DNA of 64,000 nt from NCBI RefSeq assembly GCF_963921235.1, contig NC_086097.1, forward strand, positions 19,098,001-19,162,000, written 5' to 3'. Of this stretch, positions 1 through 11,299 are shown one piece after another. The translations under genes were made by a program, and so were the position numbers. The notes beneath the pieces were generated by a model, which worked only from the letters and a program-made list of their open reading frames with translations, was not told the DNA's origin and made no database searches. Position 1 is the stretch's first letter; the number at the start of each line of letters is the position of its first letter. This DNA comes from Mobula hypostoma. Its lineage: Eukaryota.

Positions 1-579
1 CTGTTTAATACCATCTCCGACCTCACTACTACTGTTAGGTGGCCTGTACACAACTCCCACCAGCGTCTTCTGCCTCTTAGTGTTACGCAGCTCTACCCAT
101 ATCGATTCCACATCTTCCCGGCTTATGTCCTTCCTTTCTATTGCGTTAATCTCTTTTTTAACCAGCAACGCCACCCCACCTCCCCTTCCTTCATGTCTAT
201 CCCTCCTGAATATTGAATATCCCTGAACGTTGAGCTCCCATCCCTGGTCACCCTGGAGCCATGTCTCTGTGATCCCAACTATATCATAATCATTAATAAC
301 AATCTGCACTTTCAATTCATCCACCTTATTACGAATGCTCCTTGCATTGACACATAAAGCCTTCAGGCGTTCTTTTACAACTCTCTTAGCCCTTTTTAAT
401 GCTTGCCCTGGATTTGTCGGCCTGCCACTTTTACTTTTCCCCTTTGTACTTTTTGCTTCTACGCTCACTTTACACCCCTCTGTCTCTCTGCACTGGTTCC
501 CATCCCTCTGTTGTGAACTAACCTCCTCACACCTAGCCACTTTAATTTGATTCCCACCCCCCAACCATTCTAGTTTAAA
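1..579 (-). CDS. CR1 ORF2p N-terminus (linker plus APE-like endonuclease), partial, no in-frame AUG
   Basis: Manual translation gives 193 open codons: FKLEWLGGG...LKALCVNARSIRNKVDEL...DIVGITETWL...FRRDR...GGGVALLV...VESIWVEL...VGVVYRPPN. Absent from the ORF track because it runs off the edge. Confidence 0.9.
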
Positions 580-1263
580 GTCACCTCAGTAGCCCCCGCT
601 AATCTCCCTGCCAGGATATTGGTCCCCCTAGGATTTAAGTGTAACCCGTCCTTTTTGTACAGGTCACACCTGCGCCAAAAGAGGTCCCAATGATCCAAAA
701 ACTTGAATCCCTGCCCCCTGCTCCAATCCCTCAGCCACGCATTTATCCTCCACCTCATCGCATTCCTACTCTCACTGTCGCGTGGCACAGGCAGTAATCC
801 CGAGATTACTATCTTTGCGGTCCTTTTTCTCAACTCCCTTCCTAGCTCCCTATATTCTTCTTTCAGGACCTCATCCCTTTTCCTACCTATGTCATTGGTA
901 CCTATATGTACCAGGACCTCTGGCTCTTCACCCTCCCACTTCAGGATATCTTGGACACGATCAGAAATATCCCGGACCCTGGCACCAGGGAGGCAAACTA
1001 CCATCCGAGTCTCTGGACTGCGTCCACAGAATCGCCTATCTGACCCCCTTACTATCGAGTCCCCTATCACAACTGCCCTCCTCTTCCTTGCCCTACCCTT
1101 CTGAGCTACAGGGCCAGACTCTGTGCCGGAGGCAGGGCCACTGTCGCTCCCCCCGGGTAAGCTGTCCCCCCCAACAGTACTCAAACAGGAGTACCTGTTG
1201 TTAAGGGGCACAGCCGCCGGGGTACTCCCCATCACCTGCCTCTTCCCCTTCCCCCTCCTAACC
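570..1263 (-). CDS. CR1 ORF1p C-terminal SGNH/GDSL esterase domain (5' part missing)
   Basis: Motifs VPLNNRY, VVIGDSIVRG, CLPGARVRD, VHIGTND, ISGLLP, DGLHLN; stop TAG at 570-572. The first ~60 aa of track ORF 570..1439 come from the antisense strand of a neighbouring element. Confidence 0.9.
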
Positions 1264-1265
1264 GG

Positions 1266-2230
1266 AGCCATGAGAAGGCTTTGGCAGGCAGGATTAAGGA
1301 AAACCCCAAGGCATTCTACAAGTACGTGAAGAGCAAGAGGATAAGACATGAAAGAATAGGACCTATGAAGTGTGACAGTGGGAAAGTGTATATGGACCGG
1401 AGGAAATAGCAGGGCTGAGAAGTGGCAGATGGAGTTCAATCCAGATAAGTGTGAGGTGGTTCATTTTGGTAGGTCAAATATGATGGCAGAATTTAGTATT
1501 AATGGTAAGACTCTTGGCAGTGTGGAGGATCAGAGGGATCTTGGGGTCCGAGTCCATAGGACGCTCAAAGCGGCTGCTCAGGTTGACTCTGTGGTTAAGA
1601 AAGCATACGGTGTATCAGCCTTCATCAATCGTGGAATTGAATTTAGGAGCTGAGAGGTAATGTTGCAGCTATATAGGACCCTGGTCAGACCACACTTGGA
1701 GTACTGTGCTCAGTTCTGGTCACCTCACTACAGGAAGGATGTGGAAGCCATAGAAAGCATGGAGGAGATTTACAAGTATGTTACCTGGATTGGGGAGCAT
1801 GCCTTATGAAAACAAGCTGAGTGAACTTGGCCTTTTCTCCATGGAGCGACAGAGGATGAGAGGTGACCTGATAGAGGTGTATAAGATGATGAGAGGCATT
1901 GATCGTGTGGGTAGTCAGAGGCTTTTTCCCAGGGCTGAAATGGCTGCCACAAGAGGGCACAGGTTTAAGGTGCTTGGGAGCAGGTACAGAGGAGATGTCA
2001 GGGGTAAGTTTTTTACGCAGAGAGTGGTGAGTGCATGGAATGGGCTGCCGGCAACGGTGGTGGAGGCAAATATGATAGGGTCTTTTAAGAGACTTTTGGA
2101 TAGGTACATGGAGCTTAGAAAAATAGAGGGCTATGGGTAAGCCTAGTAATTTCTAAGGTAGGGACATGTTTGGCACAATTTTGTGGGCCGAAGGGCCTGT
2201 ATTGTGCTGTCGATTTTCTATGTTTTTATG
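1266..2230 (+). mobile_element. CR1 LINE 3' portion with internal deletion of the RT core
   Basis: HEKALAGRIKENPKAFYKYVKSKR joined at ~1411 directly to AEKWQMEFNPDKC...RDLGV...LVRPHLEYC...RGDLIEVYK; 3' UTR ends in a TTTCTATG-like tail. Confidence 0.92.
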
Positions 2231-2234
2231 ACAT

Positions 2235-3050
2235 GCTAGAACTTGAAATTGTTACTCTCTCCACTACTGATCCCTCAATGAGGACTGGTGTGTGTGCCCT
2301 CGCCTTACCCTTTCTGAAGTCTGCAATCAATTGTTTGGTCTGACTATGATTGACTGTGAGGTTGTTGCTGTGACATCACTCTACCAACTGACCTATCTCG
2401 CTCCTGTACATCTCCTGATCACAATCTGAAATTCTGCCAAAATTAGTTGTGCCATCAACAAATGTATAGATGGCATTTGAGCTATGCCATCTCAATGGAT
2501 GTAGACAGAGTAGATCAGTGGGCTAAGCACTCATCCTTAAGGTGTGTCAGCAAGATGGAGATGTTGTTTCCCTTCGGCACAGACTGTGGTCTCCCGGTGA
2601 GGAAGTCAAGGATGCAGTTGCACAGGGAAGTATAAATGCTCAGTTTTTGGAGCTTAGTCATAGTCATACTTTATTGATCCCGAGGGAAATTGGTTTTTGT
2701 TACAATTGCACCATAAATAATTAAATAGTAATAAAACCATAATAATTAAATAGGAATATGTAAATTATGCCAGGAAATAAGTCCAGGACCAGCCTATTGG
2801 CTCAGGGTGTCTGACCCTCCATGGGAGGAGTTGTAAAGTTTGATGGTCACAGGCAGGAATGACTTCCTACGACGCTCAGTTTTTTGTGAGCAGTAGGAAT
2901 GTTTCTGTTAAACACTGAGCTGTAGTCGATAAACAGCAGCCTGGAAAAAGTATTAGTATTGTCTAGGTGATCCAAGGCCATGTGAAGAACCAATGGGATC
3001 ATATCTGCTGTCGACCTATTGTGGCGATGGGCAAATTTGATTTTGTCTGT
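2235..3050 (-). mobile_element. Decayed Rex1-like LINE RT fragment, interrupted by a second Rex1-like 3' end (~2655-2880)
   Basis: Reverse-complement similarity to the RT at 22008-22580; the insert matches the 3' end of 62470-62700. Confidence 0.7.
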
Positions 3051-3244
3051 TGCTCTGGACTTCCAGCATCTGCAAAATCTTTATTGATTAGTTCACTAAT
3101 GGCCGCCAGAGAAGAAACTCCGGGGTCCATAACCCTTGAACAAAATTCTTGACTCTTAACCGCCCTCAGAAATGTTACTGATTGATTTATTTATTCATTT
3201 AGAGATACAGCATGGAACAGGCCCTCCCAGACTAACGAGCACAG

Positions 3245-3895
3245 TAATTTCTAAAGTAGGGACATGTTCAGCACAGCTTTGTGGGCCGAAGGGCCTGTAT
3301 TGTGCTGTAGGTTTTCTATGCTTCTATGTTTCGATGATTACGAGTGGCACAGTTGGAATAGACAGAGAGTGTCAGTTTCCCAGGGTTGAAATGGAGTAGG
3401 CTCAAGGGTTGAAATATATTCGTACTAGAGGGAATGCATTTAAGACAAGAGGGAGAGAATTCAAAGGACGTGTGTGAGGTAAATATTTTACACAGAATGG
3501 CGGATGCCTGGAATACACTGCCAGGGAGAGTGGTGGACAGTGCTATGATAGGCACAGGAATATGCAAAGGATGGAAGGATATGGACCAGGCAGAAGGGAT
3601 AACATGTCATTAGCTGAATTAGGTTGGCATAGTATCTATGGTACTGTTCTATGATCTATGTTCTTCCAATATACTCCAAAGTTCAAAGTTCAAATAAATT
3701 TATTATCAAATTACATATATGTCTTTTAAGACTTTTAGGAAACATTTAGATAGGCGCATGAATGTGAGAATAATGGAAGTGTATAGACATTGTGTAGGCA
3801 GAGGGAATTAATTTAGTCAGACATTTGATTACTGATTTGGCACAACATTGCAGGATGAGGGCCTGTTCTTGTTCTGGACTGTTCTATATTCTAAG
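3245..3895 (+). mobile_element. Cluster of short CR1 3'-end fragments
   Basis: Repeated gtgggccgaagggcctgt-type 3' UTRs with TTCTATG tails and FTQR/WN-type coding remnants. Confidence 0.7.
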
Positions 3896-5504
3896 TAATA
3901 CCTTGAGATACATTTTCTTGTGGGCATTCACAGTAGGTCAATGAATAACTACACACAAAGACTGACAGACAACCTATATGCAAAAGAAAACAAATTCTGC
4001 AAACACAAAAGAAATATAATAATATTAATACAAATATCAGTAGTACATAGTTCCGGGCACCCTGGGATCTTCAATGGGTAAGGGAAGAGGAAAAGCCTTT
4101 GCCCACCCCCTCAGAGCTGGTGATCAGGAGCAGATGGATCAGAGGGCTCACTATTTTTAGATGAAAGCTGTGCCTGGCCTGGGAGTTCAGCTGATTAAGG
4201 AGCGGCATCTGCTAACAGAAGGACATAGCAAATGTTGATTTATTCAGGCAGAATCACAAGAGTCACACACAAGTCTTCAGACAGTGCATGCAACAGAAGA
4301 TTTATAGCCTTCAAAGTCGGTGTACAAGTGATGAATAAAAGAAAATAGTCCTTTTACAGAGGATCTAGTCCAGAATCAATTTAATCACCTGTACTGTGGC
4401 AGAATGGCAAGATTCAAGGCAGCAGAAAATGATTGACGCACATAAGACTCAATATATTCTGTGAGCTGACAACTCAGAGAGCACGGAAACTGGGATAATT
4501 GGGGAAACCGTTGGGCTTTCTCACAAATACATCTTCCAGCGGTATATTGTTTTTGCAGAGAAATGCCAATGCAGGTATATACGAGGTCCCCTCGGAGATG
4601 GCCAGTTAAAGCAGTGACATTTCATTTCCCCGAGCTGAAGCGATAAACAAATGTGGAAGGAATTCCTCTGGGCCGCTCTGACCCATTTCCAAGTCCACTG
4701 ATTGGCCGAGAATCCTGCACTGTAGAAAATGGAAACTGGGAAATGGCAGGGTGAGTTAGTGGAACAGGATCGAGAGCTTCAGATCTCCACCCAACCTGTG
4801 CTAACCCCACCTAAAGCTGATGGGATTGTCCATCTGAAACTGAGAGCTAACAGTCCTGTTCACTTCTTCCTCAAGGACAAATTAGGATTGTTGGACTGCA
4901 AAACAAACACTCACATTTGCAGCATTTAATACCAAGTATTAGAATCAACTATCCTTGGGTTTCTTGCCTTTGGAAAAAATGTTGATTAAAACTATATTAA
5001 AAAGTCCCTGGGAGAAGAGGCAGATACATTAGGGACATTTAAAAGATGTTTAGATAGGCACATGACTGTGAGGGAAATGGAAGGATATGGACATTATGTA
5101 GGCAGAAGGCATTAGTTGAGTTGGTCAGTTGATTACTATCCAATGTTGTGGGCCAAAGGGGCTTTGTTCCATTTAGATTAGCATTCTTTGTCACATGTTC
5201 ATCAAAATATTGAAACATAGAGTGAAAGTTGTCATTTTTGCGTCAACAACCAACACAGAGTAAGGATGTGCTGGGTGCAGTCTGCAAGTATTGCCACGCT
5301 TCTGGTGCCAACACAGAATTCCCACAAACTATTAACCCGTACCTGCCAATCTTTGGAAGGGGGTGGAAACCAGAGCACCCAAAGGAGTCCCACAAAAAAT
5401 ATGCCATTTGGTAGATTCATTGGTCATTGTAAATTGTCCATAGTGTATACATGTGTGAAAGAATCTAGGTAAGAGTTGACAAGAATGCAGGGCAAATAAG
5501 ATGG

Positions 5505-5720
5505 CAAACACACACAAAATGCTGGAGGAACTCAGCTGGTCAGGCCAAAAAACAGTCGATGTTTCGAGCAAAGACCCTTCATCAGATCCTGATGAAGTGT
5601 TTCATCCCAAGGCATCAACTCTTTTTTCTCTTTATAGATGCTGCCTGACCTGATGAGTCCCTCTAGCGTTTTGTGTGTGTCACTCTGGATTTCTAGCATC
5701 TGCAGAATCTCTTGTGTTTA
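5505..5720. mobile_element. Fold-back (palindromic) element made of two inverted Penelope-type termini
   Basis: Left arm acacacaaaatgctggaggaactcag..cccttcatcag mirrors right arm ctgatgaa..ctgatgagtccctctagcgttttgtgtgtgt; axis ~5587; same sequence ends the GIY-YIG elements at 30947 and 39525. Confidence 0.85.
5553..5585 (-). ncRNA. Minimal hammerhead ribozyme relic
   Basis: Minus strand reads CUGAUGA-AGGGUCUUUGCUC-GAAAC-AUC-GACUG; core boxes present, 5' arm of stem I lost. Confidence 0.55.
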
Positions 5721-5744
5721 GAATAAGACGAGGTTCATGTATGT

Positions 5745-6290
5745 GTGTGATTGATTTTTAAAGCTATTCTTTCTTTGTCACATGTACATCGAATCATACA
5801 GTGAAAGGTGCTGTTGCGCCAACAGCCAGCATAGTCTGAGATGTGCTGGGCGCAGCACGCAAGTGTGCCATGTTTCCGGCGCCAACATAGCACGCCCGCA
5901 ATTTACTAACCCTAACTCGACCATCTTTGGAACATGGGAGGAAACTGGAGCACCGATGGGGAAAACATACAGACTCCTTACAGACAGTGGTGGGACTTGA
6001 ACCGCGATATCACAGCTAGCATTGTAGAGTGCTATGCTAACTGTTGGCCAGCTGGTGGCGTAGTGGCATCAGTGCCAGACTCCGGAGCAAAGGCTCCAGA
6101 GTTCGAATCCAGCCGGCTCCCTTGCACGCTTTCCATCCGTGCTGGGTTGAGCGTCGAGCTAGCAACTCGGCCTCGTAAAAATAAGAAAGCCTGCTAAAAA
6201 AATGCCATCATGACAGCGTCCAGAGGACTCCACTCAGAGTTAAGGGCTTTCTTCATCTTCATGCTAACTGCTACGTTTCTGTGCTATATC
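5745..6290 (-). mobile_element. V-SINE-type SINE, head interrupted by a second SINE
   Basis: tgggaggaaactggagcacc (reverse core) and acagactccttacagacagtggtggg; continues after the 6046-6260 insert. Confidence 0.75.
6046..6260 (+). mobile_element. tRNA-derived SINE with TSD
   Basis: A box TGGCGTAGTGG (6056-6066), B box GTTCGAATCC (6101-6110), TTC-like tail, direct repeat ATGCTAACTG at 6034-6043 and 6261-6270. Confidence 0.88.
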
Positions 6291-6820
6291 TGCCCCCCAC
6301 CAAAACACTTCATGAATTTGCGTGCATGTTGGCGCAAATTTGATGGGCTGAAGGGCATGCTTCTGAATTGCATCGCTCGATGACTTTATGGCATGACCAT
6401 TCCCATCTACACCCCCTGGATTCTACCCATTCATTTGCAAACCAAGGACAATTCACAGCGATCAGTCAACCAAACCGCATGTCTCTAGGATGTGTCAGGA
6501 AAGCAGAGCATGAAGGGAATCCAGGGGAACGTGCAGACTCCACACAGACAGCAGCCAAGGTCAGGGCTGAACCCGGGTCTCCAGTGCATGACGATGCCAC
6601 CCACTATGACTCTTATAGCTCCTCACATGGGAGCCATAAGGGACGAGCAAAGACAGCAACCTCTGCAACCTGTGAATGAAAGTTAATAAAATCTGAGAAA
6701 GAGACTGTTAACAAAAGCCATAGAAAATAAGTAATCATAGAACCTTACAACTCAGTAGAGGCCCATCGGCCAACAATGTTTTAACCTACCACAAGATCAG
6801 TCGAACCCTTCTCTCTTACA

Positions 6821-7261
6821 TCATCAGCATCATTATCTGCCATGTCGTATGACGTGGGCAATATGGACTTACAGTTGTCTTTAACCTGCCTGTGCGAGGA
6901 CACCCCTTCACACTGTTGTTCCTATTCTTTTCTCTACCCATGACCATGAGCGTTCTTGGTGGTTTGCCATTGCCTTCTTCTAGGCAGTGACTTTACAAGG
7001 CGGGTGACCCCCGCCACTATCAACACTCTTCAGAGATGGTCTGCCTGGTGTCAGTGGTCACATAACTAGGACTTGTGATGTGCACCAGCTGCTCACGCGA
7101 CCATCCACCACCTGCTCCCATGGCTTCGAGTGACCTTGATCCGTGGGGGGGGGGTGCTAAACAGGTGCTACACCTTGCCCAAGGGTGTCCTGCAGGCTAT
7201 CAGAGGGAGGGAGCACCTTACACCTCCTTTGATAGAGACATATCTCCATCCTGCCACCTAA
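6821..7261 (-). mobile_element. Short non-autonomous RTE-type element
   Basis: (TCA)n tail at left, ggtttgccattgccttc motif typical of RTE/BovB-type UTRs, degenerate flanking repeat tctctcttaca / tccctcctaca; splits a minus-strand CR1 3' end. Confidence 0.6.
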
Positions 7262-7431
7262 TCCCTCCTACATAGCTGTCTGTATTTCTAACATCCTTGC
7301 ATCCTTGTCCCTATCTAAGAGTTTCTTAAATGCCCCTAATGTATCTGCCTCTACCACCAATCCTGGGTTACCTCTGACATTCCCCCTATAATTTCCTCCA
7401 ATCACCTTAAAACAATATCCCCTGGTATTAG

Positions 7432-9146
7432 TATTTAAGGATGACAGGAGTGAAGGTAGGACCGATTAGAGATAAAGGTGGGAAGATGTGCCTGGAGGCT
7501 GTGGAAGTGAGCGAGGCCCTCAATGAATACTTCTCTTCGGTATTCACCAATGAGAGGGAACTTGATGACGGTGAGGACAATATGAGTGAGGTTGATGTTC
7601 TGGAGCATGTTGATATTAAGGGAGAGGAGGTGTTGGAGTTGTTAAAATGCATTAGGATGGATAAGTCCCCAGGGCCTGATGGAATATTCCCCAGGCTGCT
7701 CCACGAGGCGAGGGAAGAGATTGCTGAGCCTCTGGCTAGGATCTTTATGTCCTCATTGTCCACAGGAATGGTACCGGAGGATTGGAGGGAGGCGAATGTT
7801 AAACCCTTGTTCAAAAAAGGTAGTAGAGATAGTCCGCGTAATTATAGACCAGTGAGCCTTACGTTTGTGGTGGGAAAGCTGTTGGAAAATATTCTTAGAA
7901 ATAGGATCTATGGGCATTTAGAGAAATGTGGTCTGATCAGGGACAGTCAGCATGGCTTTGTGAAGGGTAGATCATGTCTAACAAGCCTGATAGAGTTCTT
8001 TGAGGAGGTGACCAGGCATATAGATAAGGGCAGTGCAGTGAATATGATCTACATGGATTTTAGTAAGGCATTTGACAAGGTTCCACACGTTAGGCTTATT
8101 CAGAAAGTCAGAAGGCATGAGATCCAGGGAAGTTTGGCCAGGTGGATTCAGAACTGGCTTGCCTGCATAAAGCAAAGTGTCATGGTGGAGGGAGTACATT
8201 CAGATTGGAGGTTTGTGACTAGTGGTGTCCCACAAGGATCGGTTCTGGGACGTCAACTTTTTGTGATTTTTATTAACAACCTGGATGTGGAAGTAGAAGT
8301 GTGGGTTGGCAAGTTTGCAGATGACACAAAGGTTGGTGGTGTTGTGGATAGTGTAGAGGATTGTCAAAGATTGCAGAGAGACATTGATAGGATGCAAAAT
8401 TGGCAGATGGAGTTCAACCCAGAGAAGTGTGAGGTGGTACATTTTGGAAGGACAAACTCCAAGGCAGAGTACAAAGTAAATGGTAGGATACTTGGTAGTG
8501 TGGAGAAGCAGAGGGATCTTGGGGTACATGTCCACAAATCCCTGAAAGTTGCCTCACAGGTAGATAGGGTAGTTAAGAAAGGTTATGGGGTGTTAAGAGA
8601 TAGAGTTAAAGAGTCACGATGTAATGATGCAGCTCTATAAAACTCTGGTGAGGCCACATTTGGAGTACTGTGTCCAGTTCTGGTCACCTCACTATAAGAA
8701 GGATGTGGAAGCATTGGATAAGGTACAGAGGAGATTTACCAGGATGCTGCCTGGTTTAGAGAGCATGCATTATGATCAGAGATTAAGGGAGATGGGACTT
8801 TACTCTTTGGAGAGAAGGAGGATGAGAGGAGTCATGATAGAGGTAAACAAGATATTAAGAGGAATAGATAGAGTGGACAGCCAGTGCCTGTTCCCCAGGG
8901 CACCACTGCTCAATACAAGAGGACATGGCTTTAAGGTAAGGAGTAGGAAATTCAAGGGGGATATTAGAGGAAGGGTTTTTACTCAGAGAGTGGTTGGTGC
9001 GTGGAATGCACTGCCTGAGGCAGATACACTAGTGAAATTTAAGAGACTACCAGACAGGTATATGGAGGAATTTAAGGTGGGGGGTTAATGGTCAGCACAA
9101 CATTGTGGGCTGAAGGCCCTGTACTGTGCTGTATTTTTCTATGTTC
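7432..9146 (+). mobile_element. 5'-truncated CR1 LINE with nearly complete RT domain
   Basis: ORF 7441..8640 ([47 protein letters not shown]) frameshifting into 8624..9088; 3' UTR tail; TTAG at 7428-7431 and 9147-9150. Confidence 0.97.
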
Positions 9147-10743
9147 TTAGTCATTTCCGCCCCGGAATAAAAGTCTCTGGCTATCCACTTGATCTACGCC
9201 TCTTGTCATCTCGTACACCTTATCAAGTCACCTCCCATCCTCCCTCACTCCAAGTGTCAAATCCCTGGCTCATTCAACCTATCTTCATAAAACATGCTGT
9301 CTAGTCCAGGAAGCATCCCGGTGAATCTCCTCTGCACCCTCTCTAAAGCTTCCACATTCTTCCTATAGCGAGGCACAACATTCCAAGTGTGGTCTAACCA
9401 GGCAAAATCATCTGCAACATTACCTCATGGCTCTTGAGTTTAATCCCCCAACTAATGAAGGCCAACACCAGCAAACCAATCAACTTGGCAACAAAGTTGT
9501 TGGATCCATTGACATGGATCCCAAGATCCATCTGTTCCTCCAGATTTCCAAGAATCCAGCCAATAACTCTGTATTCTGCCTTTAAATTCGACCTTCCAAG
9601 GTGAATCACTTCACACTTTTCTGGGTTTCGCCTCCATCTGCCGCTTCTCAGCCCAGCTCTGAATCATGTAAATGTCCCATTGCAACCTACAACAACCCTC
9701 CATACTATCCATAACTTCACTAACCTTTGTGTTATCTGCAAATTTACTATTGGACACTACCATTTCCTCATCAAAGTCAATTATTAAAAAAAATCCCAGA
9801 ACAAATCCTTCTGGAACACCACTGGTCACCGACCTCCAAGCAAAATTACACTCCACCTACAACCACTCTCTGCCTGCCAAGGGCAAGCCAATTCTGAATC
9901 CACAAAATCAAATTTCCCTGGACCTCATGCCTCTGACTTCCTGAAAATTTTTTAAAAGACTATTTAAATTAAAAGAAGTGCAAACACATGATGAAATAAA
10001 TATATTCAAATTAATTCAGTTAATTTAAAGACAAAAATATCTCTTAGCTTGTTCTTGTCTGATCTACTCTGGCAAAATCAATATGCTGGCTGCAATCAGG
10101 CTTTCTGCCTTAAGTGCTTGGAAATCTGTGGAGATTTTCAATCCCTGACTGGGGTCTAACAGAGTTATAAAACACATGGAAAATCAGAACATCTTTGGGA
10201 ATGCCAAAATGCTGGATTTTAATCTGAAGGTCTAAACCTTAACGAAAGTATTTCACATTTCAGATTGGGAGTGATAATTTTACCTCCGAGAATAGGGTCC
10301 AAAATATTAAGTAAAAGCGATTACTGTACATGGAAATATTCGGTAAGTTGACTAAGCTAAATTGGAAGATAAGGCATTCAAAGAAATATTTTTTTAACTT
10401 TTCAGAAATAATCAGTTAATTGAAAAGTTATCTATTCATGGCAAACTAGAAAATTTGAGGGTGGCATTGGATTGTAAAAAGAGACTTAAAAACTTGCAGT
10501 CAGCTGCAAAGAGGTTCAGTACAACTTTAGAAGCCAGAAAATTAAATCACCATCACATAGTAATTGCTGACAAATGGAATTAATATACCTGATGTCAGCA
10601 CAAATATGGTTTGGTGCTGTGTTCCCTGAGTCTGTATGATTAAGACTGTAAATTAAAATACAAGTATAAATTAGAAAGAAAATTAATAAGAGACTGTTAC
10701 ACAAGAGATTGGAAATCTTGAGTCCATCAACTTATCTACTGCT

Positions 10744-11130
10744 TGTTATGCTGCTGGCATTTAGGGTAGCAATGAAGGACTTCCATCTCTGGCAGAGGTT
10801 ACCTTGTCAGTAGTTTGGTTTTCAATACTGTCAGCCATGTAACTCCCAGGTGGAGACTCAGGAATATCATCGCACTCAGATGTAGAAGGATTCTTCATTG
10901 CTGTTTCCATAACAATTTTGTTTGACCAGTCAGGGCTAAGCCTAAGCCCCCAGAACTGGAAGACCAATGGATCACTCTTAGTCTGGTGCCTGCCCTTTGA
11001 CCTGTTTGGCATGGGCGACCTTACCAGGAGCTAAAGCATAAACCCTTGACTCAGCCAACATAACTCTCCAGGCCCTTGAGACACCCAAGCCTCCAAACCC
11101 TACGACAAGGTTGCGGTCCTCTTGGAGGGA
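10744..11130 (-). mobile_element. Bipartite non-autonomous RTE-type element
   Basis: Left end encodes an RT C-terminus-like remnant on minus (QRWKSFIATLNASSI); second related copy at 47810-48725. Confidence 0.6.
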
Positions 11131-11139
11131 AGTCTTGAG

Positions 11140-11293
11140 CAACACTTGCAAAATGCTGGGGGAAACTCAGCAGATCAGACAGCATCAATGCAGGGGAGTA
11201 AATTTGAGTCCTGATGTAGGGTCTTGACCCAAAAAGGCAATTGCTCATTTCCCTGCCTGACCTGCTGAGCTCCTCCTACATTTTGTGTGTGTG
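11140..11293. mobile_element. Penelope-terminus fold-back element
   Basis: caaaatgctgggggaaactcagcag ... ctgctgagctcctcctacattttgtg inverted arms. Confidence 0.75.
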
Positions 11294-11299
11294 GTAATA

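Larger units (their letters stand above)
1..1263 (-). mobile_element. CR1-clade LINE, young copy: 3' part of ORF1 plus start of ORF2; runs off the left window edge
   Basis: Minus strand encodes an SGNH esterase ORF1 followed by an APE endonuclease; no stops in either frame; closely similar to 56600-57070 (same subfamily). Confidence 0.95.
6735..9945 (-). mobile_element. Older CR1 3' region (minus), split by two later insertions
   Basis: Pieces 6735-6820, 7262-7431 and 9147-9945 are collinear; track ORFs 9394..9609 and 9611..9856 show WRSVTSGVP, KFADNTK, HLGRSN. Confidence 0.8.

Noticed and set aside
1264..1439. N-terminus of track ORF 570..1439
   Set aside because: Antisense read-through of an adjacent plus-strand CR1 fragment, not part of ORF1p.
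4559..4750. 192-bp plus-strand coding exon (TTTTTGCAG acceptor, AGG|GTGAGT donor)
   Set aside because: Stop codons in all three frames; a non-coding exon cannot be supported without RNA data.
6046..6120. tRNA gene
   Set aside because: A/B boxes are followed by a SINE body, tail and TSD; no convincing cloverleaf.
7441..8640. RT ORFs as a retron, DGR, group II intron or new RT system
   Set aside because: Motifs, endonuclease linkage, 3' tails and 5' truncation are those of ordinary CR1/Rex non-LTR retrotransposons.
10264..10342. 79-bp plus-strand exon (TTTCAG ... TCG|GTAAGT)
   Set aside because: The open frame gives an unrecognisable peptide; splice-like motifs of this quality occur by chance.
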